Source: Flavobacteriales bacterium (GTDB taxonomy: Bacteria > Bacteroidota > Bacteroidia > Flavobacteriales_C > GCA-002722245). From it: 64,000 nucleotides of DNA. Under the pieces are notes generated by a model, which saw only the letters and a list, made by a program, of their open reading frames with translations, had not been told where the DNA came from and did no database searches. Of the stretch, positions 18,401-25,916 are shown one piece after another. The stretch is taken from contig CANFBW010000001.1 of NCBI GenBank assembly GCA_947444925.1, forward strand, positions 29,823-93,822, written 5' to 3'. Position 1 is the stretch's first letter; each line of letters starts with the position of its first letter. Both the position numbers and the translations under genes were made by a program.

Positions 18401-20744
18401 TGCTTTTACCAATAGTGGTTCAGGAATTTTTTACATCGATTATACAGGGAGTGATGTTTTCAACGACAATATTATTGTGAATTCTACAGGTGGAAGTGAT
18501 GTGCGTTTTGGAGCAAGCACAGGTTCTGCAACACTCGCAGCGGGTAAAACAATTGCGATTGGAACAGGCGGCTTTACTTCGGGCGGTTTGTACTTAAAAA
18601 ATTTCACGCAAACAGGATCCGCCGCACAAAGCCTCACACTCACCGGAACTGCTGCTTTGTATTTTCAAACTGGATCAACTTTCAATGGAAATTTAATAGC
18701 TGTTTCTCCTCAGGTTTATTTGAACGGTTCTACTTTTAACGGAACAACTACTATCGAAAAAAATGGCGCAACAAACAATGCGGGTGCCGGTGGAAATACT
18801 TTTAACGGAACAACTACTTTAACATGCAGCAGCAACGGATATTTCATGACGGGTAACGGAACTGCCGATGTTTTCAGCGACCTTACTGCTACCAGCACCG
18901 GAACAGGAATTTTGTATGTGGCCTATGCTACAGGAAGTTCTTCTTTTAATGGAAATATTGTGGTGAGTAGTTCGAATACTGCCGGAGTGTATTTCGGATC
19001 AACCAGCGGTACAAGTACTTTAGCCAGTGGAAAAACGATTACAGTAGGCAGCGGATTTTCTTCGGGAATATTATTGCTGAAGGGGATTACACAAAGTGGA
19101 TCAACTGCGCAAAGTATAACATTAACAGGAACTGCTACTTTAACTGTCGGTTCTGGCGCTACCTTTAACGCTGACGTAACTTTCACTGCTCCTCAGATTT
19201 TGTTGAATGGCTGTACTTTCAACGGAACAGCTACCATAGAAAAAAGCGGAGCAACAAATAATGCTTCTACTGGAAGCAATGTTTTTAATTCAACTACCAC
19301 TATCAAGAACAGCGGAAGTGGAATTTTATATTTAGGAAATACCAGCGGCGATGATTTTAACGGTAACGTTACTTTCATTCAAACCGGCGCCGGTGCTTTA
19401 TACCCTGCATACAACAGCACTTCTACTTTCTCAGGAAATATTTCTACAACAGGAACCTCTACTGCTATTACTTTTGCTTCGGCGGCTACAGGAAGAGTAA
19501 ATATTGACGGAGGTACGCAATCCATCTCAGGTTCATCTGCGCAAACACTAATTATAAAAAGATTAACGGTTTCAGGAGGGGGAACTTTAACTTTGAATGT
19601 TCCTGTCAACATTAGTACTGGCGGTGATTTAAGTATGACGAGTGGTACTGTAGTAACTACATCCACCAACATTTTAACGCTACAAGATGAAAGCATAACT
19701 TCTACTATCGGGAATTCAGGAAGCTATGTAAATGGTCCGCTAGCGTACACGATGTCGAATAACGGCGCAAGTGTCTTATATTTCCCACTGGGTAAAGGAA
19801 GTGATTGGCGACCGATAGCGCTTACGCCTACGCATAACGCAGCAACTGCTTACACATACACTGCCGAGAGATTCAATGCTTCAGCCGATGCTTTTGGATA
19901 TACTTTGCCTGCATCAGTGGATAAAGTTTCAACATACAGTTACTGGGACATCAGTCGCACAGCATCTTCTTCTGCAAACCTAACGAGTGCTGTGGTTACC
20001 TTTTATTATGGAAGCAGCGGTACCAGTGATCACGTGTTGGATTACACAGGCTTAACACTTTGCAAATCCAATGGTGCCGGGGCGTGGATAGATATCGTTG
20101 GAACTGCAACAGCGAACAACGATGGCAGTATTTCTTCAGGGGCATTTACTTCTTTCAGTAAATTTACTTTGGCGAATTTGGTGGGATCAGGCAATCCATT
20201 ACCGGTTGAATTGCTTGATTTCACAGCTGTTTTAAATAAAGGGAAAGTAGATTTGAACTGGTCTACGGCCACGGAAATCAACAACGATTATTTTACGCTG
20301 GAGCGTTCGGCTGATGGAAAAGAATTTACTGCTTTGTCACAAATTAGTGGTGCAGGCAACAGTCATTCACTTTTAAAATATTCATTTGTTGATGAAAATC
20401 CTTTGCAGGGACTTTCTTACTACCGCTTGAAACAAACAGATTTTAATGGAGCTTTTACTTATTCAAAAGTTCAGTTGGTCAACCAAAACGCAGCCCCGTC
20501 TATTCTTGCTTATTCAATAGTTTCTGATGAAATTCATTTACAATTGACAGGTTATTCGGCCAACGAAAAAGTGAGTGTTGTGATTTATGATTTGAGTGGC
20601 AGAGAAATTTATAGTTCATCGTTAATACTTGATGCAAAAGGAAACAACAACATGAATATTGCCAATGATTTTGCTCAAGGAATTTATTCTTTGAATGTTA
20701 TTTCCGCACAGCAGGCCCTTACTCAGAAATTAGCGCTGCGTTAA
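15414..20744 (+). CDS. Giant repetitive cell-surface protein with a type-A T9SS C-terminal sorting domain (adhesin-like)
   Basis: 1776 aa, rich in G/T/S/N. Eight repeats of about 165 aa, followed by a LPVELLDFTAV..NWSTATEINNDYFTLERSADGKEF module. The terminal segment (~80 aa, IYDLSGREIY...GIYSLNVISAQQALTQKLAL) matches the Por_Secre_tail pattern. The probable real start is the in-frame Met at about 15450, which gives the signal peptide MRKSCVLKAVAFLCLSFPSFSQ. Confidence 0.8.
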   Translation: MSERIRAVCEGFMRKSCVLKAVAFLCLSFPSFSQTNFTWSATAASSNWNTSANWSPNGTPLSTDNVVIVNSANIPVLPGNSSVNNFTMTSGSIDLGANTLTINGTAIFTAGTLNNGTIAPSGSAVTCTASTFNTTVNAVCAAVTLNGGTFNAVTTIEKTGASNNTGNGGCTFNAATNIINSGTTILRMANTTADIYNQNVTFTNTGSSYIDVGYGAGTTQLNGDVYVNSTSGTGVRFGQGSGLVNLASGKTVNVGGTGFSAGALYFRNFTQTGSTAQSLDFTGTAILYFQSGSTFNANISMVAPQIYLNGTTFNGTVSLEKNGATNNAGTGGNAFNAATTLALSGSGYFMTGNGNADVFSAPLTLNNTGTAIIHIAYATATATISDNIVVTSASSGGVAFGSNGGAVNFASGKTITVGGAGFSGSGTLLLKNFTQNGSTAQTLTLTGTSVLTIGSGSTFNGNVNFISPQIYLNGCTYNGTVTMEKTGATNNACTGNNTFNGVVSFINSGSGNLRLANTNGDVFNQTLTLTNIGRSYIDIAYGAVAGSSLNENVIVNSTGGTGIRFGQGAGTVTLAAGKTVTVGGTGYSAGDLKFRNFTQTGATAQSFTLTGTAIIYFETGATFNGAVTALAPQIYLNGTTFNGTTYIEKTGATGNTGLGGNTFNGVTILKNSGTANMISGNTTADTYNNDLTLTAANTGSIYLAYVSAGTVFNGNIVVNSASSGAIYLGNGASCSSTLASGKTVTIGGSGFSGSGVLQFKNFTQTGATAQALTLTGTSTLSLLAGNTFNGNVTFIAPQVLLSGTTYNGTVSIEKNGATNNAGVGGNTFNNTTSLTLSGSGYFMSGSGNADAFNGVLTVTNAGTANIHLAYATAPASFNENIVVNATNIGGIYFGNNGGSSTLASGKTITIGGSGFSSSALLVLKNFTQTGSTAQSLTLTGTATLTIGAGTTFNGNVDFTAPIILINGCTYNGTAAFNRTGAGTNQSSGGNTFNAAVAFTNSGSGIFYIDYTGSDVFNDNIIVNSTGGSDVRFGASTGSATLAAGKTIAIGTGGFTSGGLYLKNFTQTGSAAQSLTLTGTAALYFQTGSTFNGNLIAVSPQVYLNGSTFNGTTTIEKNGATNNAGAGGNTFNGTTTLTCSSNGYFMTGNGTADVFSDLTATSTGTGILYVAYATGSSSFNGNIVVSSSNTAGVYFGSTSGTSTLASGKTITVGSGFSSGILLLKGITQSGSTAQSITLTGTATLTVGSGATFNADVTFTAPQILLNGCTFNGTATIEKSGATNNASTGSNVFNSTTTIKNSGSGILYLGNTSGDDFNGNVTFIQTGAGALYPAYNSTSTFSGNISTTGTSTAITFASAATGRVNIDGGTQSISGSSAQTLIIKRLTVSGGGTLTLNVPVNISTGGDLSMTSGTVVTTSTNILTLQDESITSTIGNSGSYVNGPLAYTMSNNGASVLYFPLGKGSDWRPIALTPTHNAATAYTYTAERFNASADAFGYTLPASVDKVSTYSYWDISRTASSSANLTSAVVTFYYGSSGTSDHVLDYTGLTLCKSNGAGAWIDIVGTATANNDGSISSGAFTSFSKFTLANLVGSGNPLPVELLDFTAVLNKGKVDLNWSTATEINNDYFTLERSADGKEFTALSQISGAGNSHSLLKYSFVDENPLQGLSYYRLKQTDFNGAFTYSKVQLVNQNAAPSILAYSIVSDEIHLQLTGYSANEKVSVVIYDLSGREIYSSSLILDAKGNNNMNIANDFAQGIYSLNVISAQQALTQKLALR
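15845..19680 (+). repeat. Intragenic tandem repeat with a period of about 490 bp, 8 copies, alternating A and B types
   Basis: Repeat boundaries fall at the recurring (A/S)PQ(I/V)(Y/L)LNG(T/C)T(F/Y)NGT..EK(N/T)GATNN motif. These boundaries sit near 15845, 16320, 16811, 17305, 17800, 18290, 18700 and 19190. A units contain SGSGYFMxGxGNAD. B units contain NSGSG...(S)YID(I/V)(A/G)YG. Confidence 0.75.
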
Positions 20745-20746
20745 TT

Positions 20747-20938
20747 TTAAAAGAATTTCATCATTTTTACGATGGCAAAAAAAGCTAGAAAAAAAATCAG
20801 GATGATGATCATTGTTTTGGATGCACCCTTGAAAATCTTAGGGTTGTTGCGTATGTCCTTGCGGTAGGCAAAGATGAGTCCGCCTATAAAAACAACTATA
20901 AAAAAGAGAATAAAATACAATCGACCTTCTGTAAACAT
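20747..20938 (-). CDS. Small hypothetical membrane protein (63 aa, two predicted TM helices)
   Basis: Hydrophobic ORF only. Its stop abuts the giant gene's stop with a 2-nt gap, in convergent orientation. There is no homology evidence. Confidence 0.3.
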   Translation of the reverse strand: MFTEGRLYFILFFIVVFIGGLIFAYRKDIRNNPKIFKGASKTMIIILIFFLAFFAIVKMMKFF

Positions 20939-21014
20939 GAACTAAAGGTAAGTTCAAAATAAGTTTTCACAAAATGTTTTTATCTTGAGCTCAAAATACA
21001 TTTAAAGATCGGCT

Positions 21015-21467
21015 ATGTTTACGCAAATTGTATCTAAAAAATATCTTCGCACACTGGCGGCTTTGCACGCTGTGTTGGCTTTTGGACAATTGTTGTTTTT
21101 GGCCATTGCGCTGATCGGGAAAAATGGACACAGTGTCGAGCAATCTCAAGCCGATACCAATCGTATGCTTCTTTTGATGGCTTTGTTGATGGTTGCGGGA
21201 AGTATTGCAGGTGGAATTTACATGCGCAAACGAAAAGTGCTTGAGATTCGAATGAATAATAATTTGCGCCAAAAGCTTGATGAGTACACCATTTCGCTCA
21301 TCATTCGTTTTGCTTTAATGGAAGTAGCATCTATTTTTTGTATTGTGGGCTATTTGTTTTCGTCCCATTACTTATTTGTTTTTTTTACGCTTGTAGTGTT
21401 GGTGTTTTTTGTTGTGGTTCGTCCTACTAAGGGCAATGTTTTGCGTGATTTAGATTTGATCGTTTAA
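21015..21467 (+). CDS. Hypothetical polytopic membrane protein
   Basis: 150 aa with three or four hydrophobic segments. It lies immediately upstream of the acyltransferase gene. Confidence 0.45.
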   Translation: MFTQIVSKKYLRTLAALHAVLAFGQLLFLAIALIGKNGHSVEQSQADTNRMLLLMALLMVAGSIAGGIYMRKRKVLEIRMNNNLRQKLDEYTISLIIRFALMEVASIFCIVGYLFSSHYLFVFFTLVVLVFFVVVRPTKGNVLRDLDLIV

Positions 21468-21479
21468 GCCAAAAAAAGA

Positions 21480-22529
21480 ATGAATCTCCTTTACTCCTTT
21501 TTGCATTTTTTGGTCAAAATCACCTTGCCTTTGTACTACCGTCGAGTGCACGTAAGTGGCATTGAAAACTTACCAAACGACAAACCAGTGTTGTTGGCGG
21601 TAAATCATCAAAATGCATTTTTGGATGCGGTTTTAGTGGTGTATCAATTGAATCGACAAGCTTATTTTTTAGCACGCTCTGATGTGTTTAAAAATCGTGT
21701 GGTTGGCAAAATATTGCGAAAGTTGAACATCGTACCCATTTACAGATCACAAGATGGTACTGGAGTAAAGAATAACGGAGAAGTTTTCAATTGGTGCTAC
21801 CACACTTTGTCAGAAAATAAGTGGGTGCTTATTTTTCCCGAAGGAACCTGCGAACCTCAGCAGCATATGCATCCGTTGAAAAAGGGAATGGCACGTATTG
21901 CATTGGGAGCAGTTGAAAAGTATCCCGATTTGGATTTGCAAATTGTGCCTGTCGGGCTCAATTACTCTGAGCACATGGGTTTTCGTTCAGATGTTTGGAT
22001 TGATTATGGAACGCCAATATCTGTGCGCGATATTGCACTCAGTGACAAAGGATCGGGTGAAAAAATCAATGCCTTGACTGCTGCTGTTGAATTTGAATTG
22101 CGCAAAGTAGTGCTGCATCATGAAATGGAAGGTTATGCCGAAGCTGCGGAGGCGATGCGCCACAATATAGCGGCGCTGCGCCCGCAATCGGGCAGAACTT
22201 TGGTGGACATCAAGAAATCAGCGCTAAGCAGTGAAAAATCGTTTTCTGCAAAACCGAATTTTTGGCGCGAGCTGTTTTCATTTCCCTTGTTATTGGTGCA
22301 TCGTCCGCTCTATTTTGCCATAGATGCTATGGCGGCAAAGTTGACGGGAATGGATGCTTTTTTTCCTTCTGTGAAATATGGACTGTGTGCCTTGCTTTTT
22401 CCTTTTTATTGGCTGTTTTTGTCTCTGTTTCTTACTTATATGCTACAAGTACCCACTTTATTGGTGTTTCCGATCTGGTTGCTTTTTCCTGTAAGTTTGT
22501 GGGCAGGTCTAAAAATAAAAAAGGTTTAG
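21480..22529 (+). CDS. PlsC-like (lysophospholipid / 1-acyl-sn-glycerol-3-phosphate) acyltransferase with a C-terminal membrane extension
   Basis: The HX4D motif is VNHQNAFLD. FPEGT is the second acyltransferase block. The C-terminal ~90 aa is hydrophobic. Confidence 0.75.
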   Translation: MNLLYSFLHFLVKITLPLYYRRVHVSGIENLPNDKPVLLAVNHQNAFLDAVLVVYQLNRQAYFLARSDVFKNRVVGKILRKLNIVPIYRSQDGTGVKNNGEVFNWCYHTLSENKWVLIFPEGTCEPQQHMHPLKKGMARIALGAVEKYPDLDLQIVPVGLNYSEHMGFRSDVWIDYGTPISVRDIALSDKGSGEKINALTAAVEFELRKVVLHHEMEGYAEAAEAMRHNIAALRPQSGRTLVDIKKSALSSEKSFSAKPNFWRELFSFPLLLVHRPLYFAIDAMAAKLTGMDAFFPSVKYGLCALLFPFYWLFLSLFLTYMLQVPTLLVFPIWLLFPVSLWAGLKIKKV

Positions 22530-22568
22530 TGCTTCCACTAAACCTCATTCACAATCGCATTTGCTTTT

Positions 22569-23381
22569 TTAGTTTTTGTATAAAGTTCCTGCTTTGTCGT
22601 TCGCCAAAATAATTCCTTTGATCATGGCAGAGCTGAAGCCTTGGTGTTCCATTTCGTTTAAGCCAGCAATGGTGCATCCTTTAGGAGAAGTAACTTTGTC
22701 GATTTCATCTTCTGGGTGTGAATTGTGTTGGTGCAAAAGTTCAGCTGCACCGCGTGCCACTTGCACGGCCATTTTCAAAGCGTCGTGTGAGTGAAATCCA
22801 ATTTCAGTTCCACCTTGTGAAGCAGCGCGTATGGAGCGCAGGAAGAAAGCAACGCCGCATGCGCACAGTGCTGTGGCAGCAGTCATTTGACCTTCGTCGA
22901 TGGTTACCGTTTCACCAACTGTATTGAATAATTCGGTAGAAATATCAATGTATTTTTTATCGTTGTTGGTAGCTGCCAAGCAAGTCATGGATTGCTGAAT
23001 TGCAATCGCTGTGTTTGGCATCGCGATCACCACTGGTATTTTTGCGTTCAAATATCCTTTGATGTCGCTTGAAGTAACTCCTGAAATAAGAGATATTACA
23101 AATTGCGAGCTAACATCCACTGTGTTTTTGATGTCGTCAAGCACGTTGTTTACTTGCTGCGGAAGCACTGCCAATACAATGGCATCGGCACCTACAATGG
23201 CTTCTGCATTGTCGCGGGTGGCAGGAAATCCCTCTGCTTGTATGGCTTCTACATTTCGCAACATGCGTCGTGTCAATGTAATTTGTTCGGGTTTGAATTT
23301 TCCTGATTTTACGAGTCCGCGCGCAAAGGCCAAGCCCATATTACCACCGCCTAGAATTGCAATTTTGTTGATTGTTGCCAT
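22569..23381 (-). CDS. proC: Pyrroline-5-carboxylate reductase
   Basis: MATINKIAILGGGNMGLAF Rossmann N-terminus with the ProC dimerisation domain at the C-terminus. 270 aa. Confidence 0.9.
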   Translation of the reverse strand: MATINKIAILGGGNMGLAFARGLVKSGKFKPEQITLTRRMLRNVEAIQAEGFPATRDNAEAIVGADAIVLAVLPQQVNNVLDDIKNTVDVSSQFVISLISGVTSSDIKGYLNAKIPVVIAMPNTAIAIQQSMTCLAATNNDKKYIDISTELFNTVGETVTIDEGQMTAATALCACGVAFFLRSIRAASQGGTEIGFHSHDALKMAVQVARGAAELLHQHNSHPEDEIDKVTSPKGCTIAGLNEMEHQGFSSAMIKGIILANDKAGTLYKN

Positions 23382-23426
23382 ACTTATATGTTTTGAGCTG
23401 TAAATTTAATAAAATACAAAGACAGT

Positions 23427-23846
23427 TTACAATTTAGTGCACACTGCAGTCAAGGAATCTACTTCGTTGCCATCGTCAGCGGTATAGCTGAAGGTTAATT
23501 TTGTGCTGTTGACCTCGGTGCCACTTCCGCTAATGTAATTCGAAAGAACACTTTGTACCGGAATATCAAATGTATTGGCCGCCACAGTGCTTACTGTAGC
23601 ATAAACTTTGCTGTTTGAACCCAATTTGTAAAAATTGGCGATGTTGATGCGCGAGGCATTGCTGGTGTCTTTGCTGATGCTGACGGTGAATTCAGATGCG
23701 CCTGTGATCTTGCTGTTTTGCACACATTTCCATGTGCCGATATAATCGGTGCGAATGTCTCCGTCAGCACTGCTGCTGTCTTTTTGGCAAGCCGCTAACA
23801 GCAGTATCGCGCCGGCAGCAATAAGGTGTTTGATTTTATTTTTCAT
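23427..23846 (-). CDS. Hypothetical lipoprotein
   Basis: The likely start is MKNKIKHLIAAGAILLLAACQKD, a signal peptide plus lipobox. The ORF track extends this to 23879. Confidence 0.5.
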   Translation of the reverse strand: MKNKIKHLIAAGAILLLAACQKDSSSADGDIRTDYIGTWKCVQNSKITGASEFTVSISKDTSNASRINIANFYKLGSNSKVYATVSTVAANTFDIPVQSVLSNYISGSGTEVNSTKLTFSYTADDGNEVDSLTAVCTKL

Positions 23847-24120
23847 AATTTGTTTTTTTCTTTTTGTCGTTAAATCCATACGGACAATGGCGGCAGTGTG
23901 ACTTGCAGCAATGTCCTCTCTTTAGCAAATATTTTGCCGTAAATACCCGGTAGCCGCCTTCCCAATAGAAGTCATCGGGTTCCAATTGTTTTTTACCGGG
24001 AAATATTTCGTCCAATGTTTTACTTATTTGCGGTAAATTTACAAATATATGTTGTTGCAGACTATAGGTATTTTCAACGAAGGCATTCAGCTTGATATTT
24101 TGCGTGAGGACTTGCGCCAT
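23836..24120 (-). CDS. Small Cys-rich protein, DUF5522-like (FYWEGGYRVFTAKYLLKRGHCCKSHCRHCPYG)
   Basis: C-terminal CC..C..HCPYG motif. The ORF as drawn overlaps the divergent ACC-deaminase-family gene by about 70 bp. The real start is probably an internal TTG near 24010, so the 5' coordinate is uncertain. Confidence 0.35.
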   Translation of the reverse strand: MAQVLTQNIKLNAFVENTYSLQQHIFVNLPQISKTLDEIFPGKKQLEPDDFYWEGGYRVFTAKYLLKRGHCCKSHCRHCPYGFNDKKKKTNYEK

Positions 24121-24921
24121 CCTTTTATTTCGGGCAATAAATGGTGGAAGTTAAAACACAATATTGCTGAAGCCAAGCGATGGAATTGTGAAATCATAGT
24201 GACTTTTGGAGGAGCGTACTCCAATCATTTGGCGGCAACTTCCGCCGCTGGAAACGAAGCGGGGATTGCCACTGCGGGTATTGTGCGCGGTGAAGATGAC
24301 GTGCACAATGCAACACTTCAGTTTTGCAGAAGGCAGGGCATGCAGCTGTATTTTGTGTCGCGTGAAGAATACCGTTTAAAGAATTTTAAACGATTTAATT
24401 TCAACAATGCTTTTGTTGTGCCCGAGGGTGGGTCAAACGACCTTGGGGTGAAGGGTTGCACTGAAATGGGAGTGGGTTTAAAGGAATCCTATGACTTTGT
24501 TGTTTGTGCCTGCGGTACAGGTGCGACATTGAGCGGTTTGATCGTATCGGCACGTCAAGGTCAAAAAATACTTGGTGTTCCGGTATTGAAGGGGGCGGAG
24601 TTTTTGAAGAACGATATACAAGGTCATTTGCTTTCTCAAGATTGTGACAACACCAATTGGGACTTGTTGTGCGACTATCATTGCGGTGGTTATGGAAAAA
24701 TAAGCAACGAACTTGTTGTGTTTATTAAAATGTGCGCTGAAAAATACAAGATTCCACTCGATGGAATTTATACAGGCAAAATGGCTATGGCTGCGTTTGA
24801 TCTGTTGCAAAAAAGATATTTTCCACCCCACAGCAAAGTGCTGCTTGTGCATACGGGCGGATTGCAAGGCAATGCAGGGATTTTGCAGCGCTTTGGCGTT
24901 GACCTAACAGCCTCTTGTTGA
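24049..24921 (+). CDS. PLP-dependent ACC deaminase / D-cysteine desulfhydrase family protein
   Basis: DLRHPFISGNKWWKL contains the PLP-Lys of the ACCD family. GGAYSNHLAATSAA is also present. 290 aa. Confidence 0.75.
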   Translation: MLLQTIGIFNEGIQLDILREDLRHPFISGNKWWKLKHNIAEAKRWNCEIIVTFGGAYSNHLAATSAAGNEAGIATAGIVRGEDDVHNATLQFCRRQGMQLYFVSREEYRLKNFKRFNFNNAFVVPEGGSNDLGVKGCTEMGVGLKESYDFVVCACGTGATLSGLIVSARQGQKILGVPVLKGAEFLKNDIQGHLLSQDCDNTNWDLLCDYHCGGYGKISNELVVFIKMCAEKYKIPLDGIYTGKMAMAAFDLLQKRYFPPHSKVLLVHTGGLQGNAGILQRFGVDLTASC

Positions 24922-24975
24922 CAATAAGCGCAAATTGTTCATTGCCGAAGCGCGGCATCCGTTAATTTTATCTCT

Positions 24976-25854
24976 ATGAAATTCGCATCTCTTTTGTTGT
25001 TGCTGATTGTGCCTTCGTTTCTTGTTGCTGCATTTACGCCTGAGCAATATATCGAGCGGTATAGAAATGACGCTGTTATTGAGATGATGGAGTACGCTAT
25101 TCCAGCCAGTATCACCCTTGCACAAGGCATGCTCGAATCGAATTATGGCAACAGCACTTTGGCGGTGCTGGCCAACAATCATTTTGGTATCAAGTGTCAC
25201 GCCGATTGGACGGGTGACACTTATCACATGGACGATGATGCGAAAAATGAATGCTTCCGCAAATACAATGACGTGCTGGAATCGTACCGCGACCATTCTA
25301 AATTTTTAAAAACCCGCTCGCGTTATGCGGCTTTGTTTGCGCTCAAAAAAGACGATTACAAAGCTTGGGCGGAGGGATTGAAAGCTGCTGGATACGCTAC
25401 CAATCCTAAATATCCGCAGTTGCTGATCAACATGATTGAACGTTATGCACTGTATCAATACGACCATCAGATAGCTGTCAATTATGCGCCGAGCGATTCG
25501 TTGCCGCTTGTTTTTCTTAGTTTGAATCACGTTAAATACACGGTGGCAAAAAGGAATGAAACTTTTGAAAGCATCGCAAAGGCGCGGCAAATGAATTTGT
25601 ATTTGCTTAAAAAATACAACGACGCCGGCGACAGTATTGCCTTGCACGAAGGAGATATGGTGTATTTACAGCCCAAACGCCGAAAGGGAACACAAGACAG
25701 TTGTGTGGTGCGGAAAAACGACAGCTATCGCGGGCTGGCTCAAAAGTATGGCATCAAACTGAAGTATTTATACCGAAAAAACAAACTTGTTTCGGGAAGC
25801 ACTCCAAGTGCAGGCGAGGTGCTTTTGCTGCGCAAAAGAAAGCAGGGCAAATAG
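24976..25854 (+). CDS. Peptidoglycan hydrolase: GH73 glucosaminidase domain plus two C-terminal LysM domains
   Basis: Signal peptide. TLAQGMLESNYGNSTLA...NNHFGIK is the glucosaminidase (FlgJ-like) core. The two LysM-like blocks are YTVAKRNETFESIAK... and VVRKNDSYRGLAQKYGI... Confidence 0.8.
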   Translation: MKFASLLLLLIVPSFLVAAFTPEQYIERYRNDAVIEMMEYAIPASITLAQGMLESNYGNSTLAVLANNHFGIKCHADWTGDTYHMDDDAKNECFRKYNDVLESYRDHSKFLKTRSRYAALFALKKDDYKAWAEGLKAAGYATNPKYPQLLINMIERYALYQYDHQIAVNYAPSDSLPLVFLSLNHVKYTVAKRNETFESIAKARQMNLYLLKKYNDAGDSIALHEGDMVYLQPKRRKGTQDSCVVRKNDSYRGLAQKYGIKLKYLYRKNKLVSGSTPSAGEVLLLRKRKQGK

Positions 25855-25916
25855 GTTGGAACTGTTTTTTATTAAACTTCTTCTGACTCCTTGCGTATCA
25901 TTCAAAAAAGCACTGT

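Noticed and set aside
15845-19680. Whether the ~490-bp tandem repeats could be a CRISPR array, a satellite or a mobile-element array.
   Set aside because: The repeats are in-frame, continuous coding sequence of one long ORF with no spacers. The period is far longer than CRISPR repeats. No cas genes are in the window.
15512-20284. Numerous 60-156-aa minus-strand ORFs inside the giant adhesin gene, at 15512-15982, 16052-16258, 18440-19696 and 20042-20284.
   Set aside because: They are A/P/V-rich translations of the antisense strand of a highly repetitive G/T/S/N-coding region. The pattern repeats with the same ~490-bp period as the sense-strand repeats. They are ORF-shadow artefacts, not genes.
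22262-22612. A 116-aa +2-frame ORF overlapping the 3' end of the PlsC-like gene, considered as a possible frameshifted C-terminus.
   Set aside because: The PlsC-like ORF continues in-frame to a plausible hydrophobic C-terminus and stop at 22529. Nothing indicates a frameshift.
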